Assembly: GCA_049696015.1 (NCBI GenBank) | Contig: JBAVTG010000216.1 | Location: forward strand, 504 to 64,503 | Direction of reading: 5' to 3' | Source: Rhizobiaceae bacterium | GTDB taxonomy: Bacteria > Pseudomonadota > Alphaproteobacteria > Rhizobiales > Rhizobiaceae | DNA length: 64,000 bases | Made by a program: the position numbers and the translations under genes | In this document: piece after piece, positions 27,325 through 35,769 of the stretch | How positions within the stretch are numbered: the first letter of the stretch is position 1 | How the letters are laid out: each line of letters begins with the position of its first letter | Notes under the pieces: generated by a model | Databases searched by the model: none | Told to the model about the DNA's origin: nothing | Seen by the model: the letters and a program-made list of their open reading frames with translations, nothing else

Positions 27325-30300
27325 TGGCCGCTCAAATACTTCAGGGATTTGCGCCACGCACGGCAGCCATCGGCATTGCACCGCCGGTAGCGCGCCATGT
27401 CCCCCCCGAAGCCGGATTGCAGCGGCTTCGCTTCCACCGGGGCCGGCATCTGACTGCCGCTGCTTTGCAGTTGGAGGCAGATAACCATGAGGCGCGTTTT
27501 GGCTTGACTTGCCGGGCGTTAAACGACGGGGTTGTTGGCGGTTTTGCCGTTTCGCTGTTCGACCAGACAGCCGCACCCGGGCAGTTTCGGCTTGAGCCAG
27601 GTTTTGCCATTGCGCCATCCGGCCAGGATCTGGTCATTGACCGGCCCGCGCGGTTCGCCTTGTCCACATTGCCGCGGACAAGCGCGACGGGAGATGCGGT
27701 GCCTGCAACCACGACAGGCGTCGGCTTGCTGGTGCTGACCCCGGTCAGCGCAACCGAGACGCGCTTTGCGTCCACCTTCGACCGCGAAGCCGCCTTTCGG
27801 CGCGATCAGCAGCTTGATCCGTCGGCAGCGCCCTATCAGGACCCGCGCAGCGTCGATGGCGTGATGCTTTCGCTTGTGATGTTGGAGCCGCTGGCGGCTC
27901 AGGCAACCGCACCTGGCGGGATGCTGCGGGCGGCGTATCTTTTGGCCGAGGCCGAAGCCGTCGGCGCAGCCCTTGCCAGCCACGCGCGCGAAGGTGTGGC
28001 CGTTGCGATGCTGGGAATTGGCGCTGGCGAGCGCATACTGTGGATCAGCAGATATGCAGCCGCTCGGCGCGGCGGGGGCGCGCCACAGCCATTTACCAGA
28101 GCTTTCGCGGGCACAGGGTCGCTGCCGCCCCGGCTTGCCCAGGCGCAAGTCGACACACTTTTGGAACGCTTGCGCCAATTGCGCGGACCCGGCGCTTTGC
28201 CCGGCTCGCTTGATCCGGCCGAACTGCGGCACCTGCCGCCCGCCGGCATTCTTCCCGCTCCAGGCGGCGTAATCCCTTCGCTTTTCCCGCAAAGATGGGA
28301 ACAGTCCGTCACTCCAATTCCGCTGCGCCAGCTTGACGCTGTGTTTGAGGATGCTGCAGCGATGGAGCCCTTTGATCTCACTCAGCCAAATGACATCCTG
28401 CGCTGGTATGTGCCGGTCCCGGACGAATTGTTTGAAGCCGATCTTTTGCGAACACCACAGGTCTCAGAACTATTTGACGACGCAGTTGCCACGCTTGGCA
28501 GCCGTGTCGCCAAGGCCCATGGCGCGCGCAATGCCTTGCGCGCGGGTGGCGCTGCCGTGGAAGGGGCATTGGATACACGAACCATCCCGCCTGCCCCGGT
28601 CATCCCGGATCCGGAAGCTGTACCGGGCGAGCCGGCTGAGCAAAGCTCTGTCCCCACGCCCGATGTTGCGCCTGAAATCACTGCCTTGCGCGCGGCATGG
28701 TTTGCCAGCCTTGATACTGCCCTGCTCACGGCCGATCAGATGCATATGGCCAATCCAGCGAGCCCCGAGCAGGCAGGCAAACCCAAAGGCATCGTCCCGT
28801 TTCTGGCCAGCATGGTTGCCGGTATCAACGCCGCCGATGACCTGGTTGATATGGGATTTACCCGCGTTCAAACCGAGATCTACCGATTGCGCCAGATGGC
28901 GCTGGACAGCGAGGCTGCAACCAAGCTTGTGACTTTCCCGGTACTTGCAGGCATCGCCAAGGGATCCAATGCACTTGCCACATCCAAAGGCCTTTCAGAC
29001 CGGTTCCGCGCCGTCAAAGACGCTCCGGCGCAGCCCATCGTGCAGACGGTCGCACCAGCAATTCAGACATCTGCCGCAGTGGAAAACAACAATTTGATCA
29101 GGCGCAGCAGCCAGATCATGCAAGGCGTTTCAGCCATCGGCAGAGGCGCTGTCAAAAAGACGGACTTCAGCATGCAGGTTGGCAAAGCTGGCGCATCCGG
29201 CGTTGCCTTGGCAAGCGCACTGGGCATTGAGGTGGCGCCAAAAGACAGTTTTACCAATATCTTCAACGCATCGCGTGCTGTGGCCGTTGATGAAATCAGC
29301 CTGAGCAGCGTTGCCGACAAACGGGCCGGCATCTTGCTGGCAGACGCGATACCTGGCGATTATCAAGACTTGCGTACGCTCACCATTGCAAACCGCCTTG
29401 AAAACCCTGCGGCAATGACGGCGCGGGCAGCGGCGCTGCGGGTCAAGGCTGATGCGCTGGGCGCTTCGGCGCTGTTGGGCGTCAACTTGACCGGGGTGCG
29501 TGCGCCGCTGGTGGCCCTGGATGCCGACAACGCTCTGCTTTCGGGCAGTGCGCTGGACACTTTTCTGAATGAGATGCTGGGCCAAAATCAAACCGGCATA
29601 GTCAAGGAGGCTGCCGCCGCCTTGAAAAGAGCAGCTGTCCAGCTGCAGGGACCCGAGCCGGTATTCCACGTCCGCTTTTCCGGTCTTTCGGCCCCCCAAC
29701 GCGCAGATGCGGCCGTGCGCGCCTTCCTCGTGCGCATGCGCGCGGCACCCTCGCCGGTGGCAGCCAAAGAGCTGCCCGATCTTGTGCTCGCCCGCACATT
29801 CGACCCCGATCCCACGTCTGCCACGGACGAGGCGGCCTATTTGTCATCCGCAGTTGCGATACTGGAAAGTGTTGTGTCGCTCTATCGTGCCCTTGAAGGC
29901 CGCGTGCTTGCCTTGCGCAATGTGCAGCGCATCACGGACGAGGCGATGGCGAAGGTCGAAGCGCTGGTAACCCGCTGGCGCGAAGCGCTTGATAGCGCAA
30001 ACCGGGATCTGGCCGAAGCGCGCCATGATCTTTTGGCGGCAACGGCGCTTCTGGCCGAAGAGACGCAGCGCATCGCCGCGCTCGATGCACATCGCAAGGC
30101 GGTCGTTGCCAAACATGTCAATGCTGTGGTGTTCACCAGGGTTCGTCACCTGCGCCCTCACGGAGCAGGCGCTACATCGGGGCGGTTGTTGGCCGGCGTC
30201 TACGCCGATGCGACGCCCGCAGCCTTGGCACGGCCGGCCAAATTGCCCGACGTTCTCAATCGGATGATGGATGTGCTGGGCAACGTGCCGATCGGCTGGT

Positions 30301-31253
30301 TTGCGGCCCGCGACCGGTTGATGAAAGGCTATTCCGCACCCAAACAGCTCGACGCGGCTTTTCATTGGGCCGCTAACCGGTCTGTGGTCCGTCTGAGCGC
30401 GATGGAAAGCCTTGGCATAGGACGGACATTGACTGCCTCCGCCCCGGATATCGCACCTGCACGTCCCGGCAAACGAGGGCGGGCGGGCGTCGTTGCAGGT
30501 CAAATTGCCCAGCATTACGACGGCATATCACGCCAGTTGCTGCAGGCGCGGGGCAAGCTTGATCTCGGATTGATCGACCGTCAGGGATGGGTAGAAAAAC
30601 GCGCCCGTGCCGAAGTGGAGCTATCGCTCAACGATCTGATCGAAGGTGGCCGTGACAGTGTCGGAGCCCGCGACGCCCTGGCGGAAATCGATGGAATCGA
30701 ACGGGTCGTGTCAGCGCTTTCCCAAGCGATGCGCCGGGCGCCGGCGGAAGTGCGATTGCTGTGGGCAGACAGGCTTTCCGCATTTGACGGCGATCCGAAG
30801 CTGGGAGCTGTGGAGGCTCTGCCGGGCTTTTTCGGGATGGAGGCAAGTCTGCGGGCCGAGATCGGCTCGCTGCATGGCTGGCTCTTCCGGCGGATGACTC
30901 CCGGGCTGAAAGAGGGCGAAGCCTTGATGTCAGATTTCGTGCAGGTGACGGCCTTGCTCGCCGCCAATGCCGATGCTGATGCTGTCGTGACGGCGCGCCT
31001 TGCCAGCGCGGTGCAGGTGGCCGCTGGCGAGACTGTTGACATTGCACTCGACCGGGGCAGCCCGACGATCGGAACACCGGTGTGGTTTACGCTTGCAACC
31101 GGCATACAGGTGGCAGGGAAGGTGCGCGATGTCATCCAGAACCGCGCGCGCGTCGAGATTGCCGCAGGCACTGCCGGGCTGATGACGCTCGATCTTACAA
31201 CGCGCGTGTTTGTGGATGCCCGCCGCGCGAGCCCGCACGGCTATGTCCGTTGA
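27324..31253 (+). CDS. Unknown 1309-aa CIS-locus protein, paralogue 3 of 3 (long Ala-rich, probably helical C-terminal extension)
   Basis: TGATG junction with the upstream gene. N-terminal motif GRHLTAAALQLEADNHEARFGLTCRALNDGVVGGFAV...LEPGFAIAPSGQDLVI. The rest matches nothing I recognise. Confidence 0.65.
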   Translation: MAAQILQGFAPRTAAIGIAPPVARHVPPEAGLQRLRFHRGRHLTAAALQLEADNHEARFGLTCRALNDGVVGGFAVSLFDQTAAPGQFRLEPGFAIAPSGQDLVIDRPARFALSTLPRTSATGDAVPATTTGVGLLVLTPVSATETRFASTFDREAAFRRDQQLDPSAAPYQDPRSVDGVMLSLVMLEPLAAQATAPGGMLRAAYLLAEAEAVGAALASHAREGVAVAMLGIGAGERILWISRYAAARRGGGAPQPFTRAFAGTGSLPPRLAQAQVDTLLERLRQLRGPGALPGSLDPAELRHLPPAGILPAPGGVIPSLFPQRWEQSVTPIPLRQLDAVFEDAAAMEPFDLTQPNDILRWYVPVPDELFEADLLRTPQVSELFDDAVATLGSRVAKAHGARNALRAGGAAVEGALDTRTIPPAPVIPDPEAVPGEPAEQSSVPTPDVAPEITALRAAWFASLDTALLTADQMHMANPASPEQAGKPKGIVPFLASMVAGINAADDLVDMGFTRVQTEIYRLRQMALDSEAATKLVTFPVLAGIAKGSNALATSKGLSDRFRAVKDAPAQPIVQTVAPAIQTSAAVENNNLIRRSSQIMQGVSAIGRGAVKKTDFSMQVGKAGASGVALASALGIEVAPKDSFTNIFNASRAVAVDEISLSSVADKRAGILLADAIPGDYQDLRTLTIANRLENPAAMTARAAALRVKADALGASALLGVNLTGVRAPLVALDADNALLSGSALDTFLNEMLGQNQTGIVKEAAAALKRAAVQLQGPEPVFHVRFSGLSAPQRADAAVRAFLVRMRAAPSPVAAKELPDLVLARTFDPDPTSATDEAAYLSSAVAILESVVSLYRALEGRVLALRNVQRITDEAMAKVEALVTRWREALDSANRDLAEARHDLLAATALLAEETQRIAALDAHRKAVVAKHVNAVVFTRVRHLRPHGAGATSGRLLAGVYADATPAALARPAKLPDVLNRMMDVLGNVPIGWFAARDRLMKGYSAPKQLDAAFHWAANRSVVRLSAMESLGIGRTLTASAPDIAPARPGKRGRAGVVAGQIAQHYDGISRQLLQARGKLDLGLIDRQGWVEKRARAEVELSLNDLIEGGRDSVGARDALAEIDGIERVVSALSQAMRRAPAEVRLLWADRLSAFDGDPKLGAVEALPGFFGMEASLRAEIGSLHGWLFRRMTPGLKEGEALMSDFVQVTALLAANADADAVVTARLASAVQVAAGETVDIALDRGSPTIGTPVWFTLATGIQVAGKVRDVIQNRARVEIAAGTAGLMTLDLTTRVFVDARRASPHGYVR

Positions 31254-32931
31254 GGGCGTCACTTTGCGCCGGCTGGCGCTGACAGCAACGGATCGCGGCC
31301 ATGTCCGCCGCGTGTTGCCGGAGCTTGAAGATGCCATGCGCACAGCCAGTCTGCCAGGCGCGGGGCGCAGTGAAGTCGTGCTCGTTCGACGGCTGGATCT
31401 GGGACGGATCGCGCCCGGAACTTCGCGGCAGGCGCTGGCAGTGCGGATCGAAGCGCTGATGGCGGGTTTGTCGCCGGTTGTCGCTACCGATAGTCTGCGC
31501 ACCGGTGTTAGGGGCGCGCAAGGCAACGCACTGCGCTGGCCCGATCATGTGACATTGCTCGCTGACGTGGCTGTGTGTCTGGTCGGTAAGCCCGGCGGAC
31601 TGATTTCCGGCTGGTGGGTGGATGTGGCTTTGAAAGTGCCTGCGGGCAGCGCAACCCTCCAGGCTTTTGGAAAAGCAGTCCAGGCGATGCTGGACAACGC
31701 GCCGGTTGCATCGCGGCCGGAAATTCTGGGCGCTTTGGCTGCACGTTGTATAGCACTGGGCGCGATTCAGGCGCTTTTCCCGCTGGCCACCTTGATAGTG
31801 GCGCTTGCCGCAGACGTGCTGAGCGCGGGCGCCGGTTTCAAGGGTGCAGTCCTATTCAAGGATGAAGGCGTCAGCAGCGCCCGCATTGCCACATTGATGC
31901 AAAAAAGCGCGCCGGACCTGACCAGCGCATTGGCACAGGCATCCGTGATCGCCGCGCCGTTGGCAGTGCTGATCCTAGCACACCGGCATGGCCGCACCGG
32001 ACTTGTCAGGCGCTTGCTGCAGGCCGGGTCTACTCCAGAGGTCAGCGCTTTGGCAAATGCTGACGCGCATGCAAAGGCCAATGAACCGAGCAGCGGTATT
32101 GCCGGAAAGAGGGCCCGTGCCGAGGCCAGGCATGGCGGATTGTTGCCCCGGCAAGGCAATGCAGCGCCGCTTACGCCGGTCAGGCGAGCCCGCTCCCTTG
32201 GTTTGCCAGGAGCAGCCGCATGTGGAGCTGAAACCAGGGTAAGCGATCCGGTTTCGATTATGGCAAAGGCGCGATCTGACGTGCCCACATGGGGCGGCGG
32301 TTTTCCAATCCTCGTGAACTTGCTTCGCCTGACCGGTATCAACGCCATGGAAATGCAGCTGGATCATCCCCTTTGTCTGCCCTTAGCGCGCACACTGCTG
32401 TCACGCCTGATGCCCGATGATCCGCTGCTCGCCGCACTTCCCGAAGCAGCGCCGCCGCTGTCCTTACCACTTGTCCCTGCCTTGCCCGAGCCCATGTTGC
32501 TGGCGCTTGCGCGAGGCGTTGCGGCAATTCCCGGCCATCCAGGGCGCCGCGCGCTCATGCTGCGGCAGGGATGTGTGATCGGAATTCTGGACGGGGCAGG
32601 GCTAAAGCGGATCCGCGCTTTGGAGGACAGGCCGGTTCTGCGGCGAATGCCGCCGTTGAAAGGCCCGCTGGAGCCGGCGCTCCTGGCCGGTCTTCAATTG
32701 GGGCTTTCACGCCTGTTGCTGCGACACTGCGGCCGCAGCCTGCGCGCCACACTGCGCCGCCCGGGCTGGTTGGCAGCAAGTCCCACCCATATCGACATAA
32801 CGCTCGATCTGGCAGATGTGCGGATCGCAGAACGCCGGGCTGGCCTGGATCTGTCGCCCGGTTGGGTGGCGTGGGCGGCACGGGTGATCCTCCTGCACTT
32901 CGAGCCAATGGAGGGTCGCCATGCCTCGTGA
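31243..32931 (+). CDS. Hypothetical CIS-locus protein preceding the ATPase
   Basis: The ORF overlaps both neighbours by 11 nt (ATG at 31243 chosen; track start 31210). No motif recognised. Confidence 0.55.
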   Translation: MSVEGVTLRRLALTATDRGHVRRVLPELEDAMRTASLPGAGRSEVVLVRRLDLGRIAPGTSRQALAVRIEALMAGLSPVVATDSLRTGVRGAQGNALRWPDHVTLLADVAVCLVGKPGGLISGWWVDVALKVPAGSATLQAFGKAVQAMLDNAPVASRPEILGALAARCIALGAIQALFPLATLIVALAADVLSAGAGFKGAVLFKDEGVSSARIATLMQKSAPDLTSALAQASVIAAPLAVLILAHRHGRTGLVRRLLQAGSTPEVSALANADAHAKANEPSSGIAGKRARAEARHGGLLPRQGNAAPLTPVRRARSLGLPGAAACGAETRVSDPVSIMAKARSDVPTWGGGFPILVNLLRLTGINAMEMQLDHPLCLPLARTLLSRLMPDDPLLAALPEAAPPLSLPLVPALPEPMLLALARGVAAIPGHPGRRALMLRQGCVIGILDGAGLKRIRALEDRPVLRRMPPLKGPLEPALLAGLQLGLSRLLLRHCGRSLRATLRRPGWLAASPTHIDITLDLADVRIAERRAGLDLSPGWVAWAARVILLHFEPMEGRHAS

Positions 32932-34765
32932 CGGACCTGACCCGCACGACACCGGCCTTGATGCGATACTGGGGCTGGCGCTTGATGGCCTGGCGGGCGT
33001 CGCTGCCGTCGGGCCAGCAATGCTGGAGACCGCTCTTGCCAACCCGTCGCCGGCCGAGATGCGCCTTGTCGGACCCGGCCATGCGCTGGGACTTTCCGCT
33101 GGCGAACTCTTTTGCCTGTGGCTGCTTTTCCGGGTTGAAGCCGATGCCGATCTGGCGCGCAGGATCGGAGGCATGCAAGAGGGCGAAGCAAGACACCGGC
33201 CATCGCCGGCACTCATGGCGAGCTTGCTGGTTGCGCTGGGGGCAGGTGAAACCAACCTTCTCAACGGACCGCTTTTCCGGCTGCCGCTGGCGCGCCTTCT
33301 GCCCGGGCCAGCGCCGATGGTTCTCACGGCAGCAGCGCTGACGGACCCGATGCTTTCGGCGCTTGGTCTGCCAGGCGCGCCGCCGCTGACTGCAGTTCCT
33401 TTCTGCGCCGATGTTCCCGATGGCTGGCGGGTTTGCGCAGCACAGATTGCCGACGGTCTGGTTGCCGCCGCCCGTCCGGCGCGTAAACTGGCGCTGGTGC
33501 TGCGCGGCGGCCTGCCTGCCGATCAGCGGTTGTTCGCATCTGCAATTGCGCAGGCGCTCGCCCGCCCCTTGATCGCGCTCGAACCGGATGCCGCGCGCGC
33601 CGGACTTGGCGCCGCCTTGCGGTTTACGGGCGCCGTGCCCTTTGAAGCGCCAAAACCTGCACCCGGCACGCGTGCCGGGTTGCTGCCGCTTGATCATTGC
33701 GGCGATCTGCGGCTTGTGGCGTTGGGAGCGGACGGAGGGGTTGAGGCTGCGGGCTGGGACTGCGCCGATATCCCCGTGCCTGCCTTGAGCGCGGCAGATC
33801 GCGGCGGCCTCTGGCCGGGAGCCGCAGACTTGCCGATTGACGGTCTTGGCCCGGCGCGCTTGCGCGCGGTGGCGGCAAGGATGGCGCTGACAGAACCGGG
33901 CATAAAGGAAAGTGCGGCATTCCGGGCGGCAGCCGGCGCCGAGGCACGCGCCGACATCGAGCCTCATGGACAGCTGGTATCGGACGAGGTTGATGATGAA
34001 GGCCTTGTTGCGCCGCCGGAACTTGCAGGCGACCTCGCGCTTTTGGCCGCGCGCTGCCGCCAGCGGCGTTTGCCGCGCGCGCCCCTTGGTCCGGCCTTTG
34101 CCGCCAGATCGGCTGAAACCGGGGTGCGGGCATTGCTCTCCGGGCCGTCTGGCGCGGGCAAAACTCTGGCGTGCGCTTGGCTGGCCACTCGTCTTGGAAT
34201 GCCGTTGTTTCGGGTGGACCTGTCATCGGTGGTGTCCAAATACATTGGCGAAACCGAGGAAAACCTTGCCCGCATTCTCGACCGGGCCGAAGCGGCAGAC
34301 GTCATCCTGCTCTTCGACGAAGCTGACAGCCTGTTTGGCGCACGAACCGAGGTGAAGGACAGTTCGGACCGCTTTGCCAACAACCAGACCAACTATCTGC
34401 TGACACGCATCGAAAACTATGGCGGGATAGTGTTGATGACGGCGAACGGGCGGAGCCGGATTGATCCGGCCTTTGCCCGGCGCATCGAACAAATCATAGA
34501 CGTGCCAGTGCCCGACGCCGCAACCCGCCGCTTGATCTGGCGCGCGCACCTGGGCGGACATCATTGCCTGAGCGGCGCGGACTTGTCCCGGCTTGCGAGC
34601 AGCGCCGACATTGCCGGTGGGCACATCCGCGCCATAGTTCAGACAGCGGCAGTCATTTCAGCCGAGGCGGGCACACCCATTTCTTATGCAGACCTGCGCC
34701 GTGCACTCATTCTCGAGTATCGCAAAATCGGGCGTACGCCGCCCAGCCAACTGGTGTCGCCATGA
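32921..34765 (+). CDS. AAA+ ATPase (Afp15/Pvc15-like) with long N-terminal extension
   Basis: Walker A LLSGPSGAGKTLAC, Walker B VILLFDEADSLF, VSKYIGETEENLARILDRA and IDPAFARRIEQIIDVPVPD form a classic CDC48-type AAA module in the C-terminal roughly 230 aa. The roughly 380 aa preceding it are unassigned. Confidence 0.85.
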   Translation: MPRDGPDPHDTGLDAILGLALDGLAGVAAVGPAMLETALANPSPAEMRLVGPGHALGLSAGELFCLWLLFRVEADADLARRIGGMQEGEARHRPSPALMASLLVALGAGETNLLNGPLFRLPLARLLPGPAPMVLTAAALTDPMLSALGLPGAPPLTAVPFCADVPDGWRVCAAQIADGLVAAARPARKLALVLRGGLPADQRLFASAIAQALARPLIALEPDAARAGLGAALRFTGAVPFEAPKPAPGTRAGLLPLDHCGDLRLVALGADGGVEAAGWDCADIPVPALSAADRGGLWPGAADLPIDGLGPARLRAVAARMALTEPGIKESAAFRAAAGAEARADIEPHGQLVSDEVDDEGLVAPPELAGDLALLAARCRQRRLPRAPLGPAFAARSAETGVRALLSGPSGAGKTLACAWLATRLGMPLFRVDLSSVVSKYIGETEENLARILDRAEAADVILLFDEADSLFGARTEVKDSSDRFANNQTNYLLTRIENYGGIVLMTANGRSRIDPAFARRIEQIIDVPVPDAATRRLIWRAHLGGHHCLSGADLSRLASSADIAGGHIRAIVQTAAVISAEAGTPISYADLRRALILEYRKIGRTPPSQLVSP

Positions 34766-35769
34766 TGGGCGATCGCGAACCCGCGCCAAATCTGGCGGCA
34801 GAAGTGGCGGCGCTGCATAACCCTGATCTTGGCCAGACCATGATTTTTGATCCGGGCCTTGGATTTGACGAGATGACAGCCCGCCTTTCAGGGCTTGGCT
34901 TTCAATGCGAACCGGTTCCGGCAATGATGCCGTCCTTGTTGGAAGGCGAGCCTTCATCAGCCGCGTTTTCTTTTGGCGGCGCCAGGCCATTTCTCGACTA
35001 CCGCTTCAACCCGGTGGCGCGTCTTCGCGTGCTTGAAATGGCCACTGCCCCGCCCCTGATGCGTCAGCGGATCGCACGGGCCATGCCGCAATTGACCCTT
35101 GGCGCCTTACGCCAAAACCTTGGCGCGGCGCTGGACCGTGATGTTTTGCGTGCGATCTGGGGGCTGGTCGAACTTGAAGATGTCAGCGCGACCGAAGCGA
35201 TTGCTGCGCTTGCCGCACACCCTTCCGGCCCGGTGGCGCAAGAGGCTGTCCTGGCGGCGGAAAGGCTGCGCTCTGTCAATGCGGCGCGTGTAAAGGTATT
35301 GGGCGGGATGCGCATGGCGGCGCTTGCCGCACGGGATATGATCAGAGCGATTGCCACGGACTCTCAAGCGTTACTGGCCCGGCCCGAAGATGCGGCGGAG
35401 CTGTTTACCGAAGACATCGCCAATGTCATCGCCGCATCTTTGAAGGCCGTTCCGCTTGTCTTGCCTGACCGGTTGCCTGCAGCACCGGATGATGTGGCGG
35501 CCATCACGGCCGCACCCGCCGGTCTGCTTCGTTGGGATAATATGCTGAGCCGCCCGTTTCCAACCGGCTACCGCACAGTTGCAGGATGGATGAAGCCCGA
35601 CCGGGTCTGGGTGACATGGCGCGGCAGCGATTTGCGTGGCCAGTCAGGCCCTGACACGCTCTGGGACGGCCTCGTCTTTCTCGGCAACCGCTGGGTCTGG
35701 TTTCCGCGCCCATTCCGCCAAATAGCGGCGCATCTTGGCACCGCTTGGGCAGAGCCCCTTAGCCCATGA
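34762..35769 (+). CDS. Hypothetical protein between ATPase and giant gene
   Basis: ATGA overlaps at both ends (34762 and 35766). 335 aa, no motif recognised. Confidence 0.55.
   Translation: MMGDREPAPNLAAEVAALHNPDLGQTMIFDPGLGFDEMTARLSGLGFQCEPVPAMMPSLLEGEPSSAAFSFGGARPFLDYRFNPVARLRVLEMATAPPLMRQRIARAMPQLTLGALRQNLGAALDRDVLRAIWGLVELEDVSATEAIAALAAHPSGPVAQEAVLAAERLRSVNAARVKVLGGMRMAALAARDMIRAIATDSQALLARPEDAAELFTEDIANVIAASLKAVPLVLPDRLPAAPDDVAAITAAPAGLLRWDNMLSRPFPTGYRTVAGWMKPDRVWVTWRGSDLRGQSGPDTLWDGLVFLGNRWVWFPRPFRQIAAHLGTAWAEPLSP

Noticed and set aside
8172-35769. Alternative readings of the tail-like cluster as a prophage tail module or a type VI secretion system
   Set aside because: The window contains no capsid, portal, terminase, integrase or lysis-regulation genes. 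It also lacks TssB/TssC-type split sheath, TssJLM and ClpV. The presence of DUF4255, gp19-type tubes and a dedicated AAA+ ATPase fits eCIS-type systems instead.
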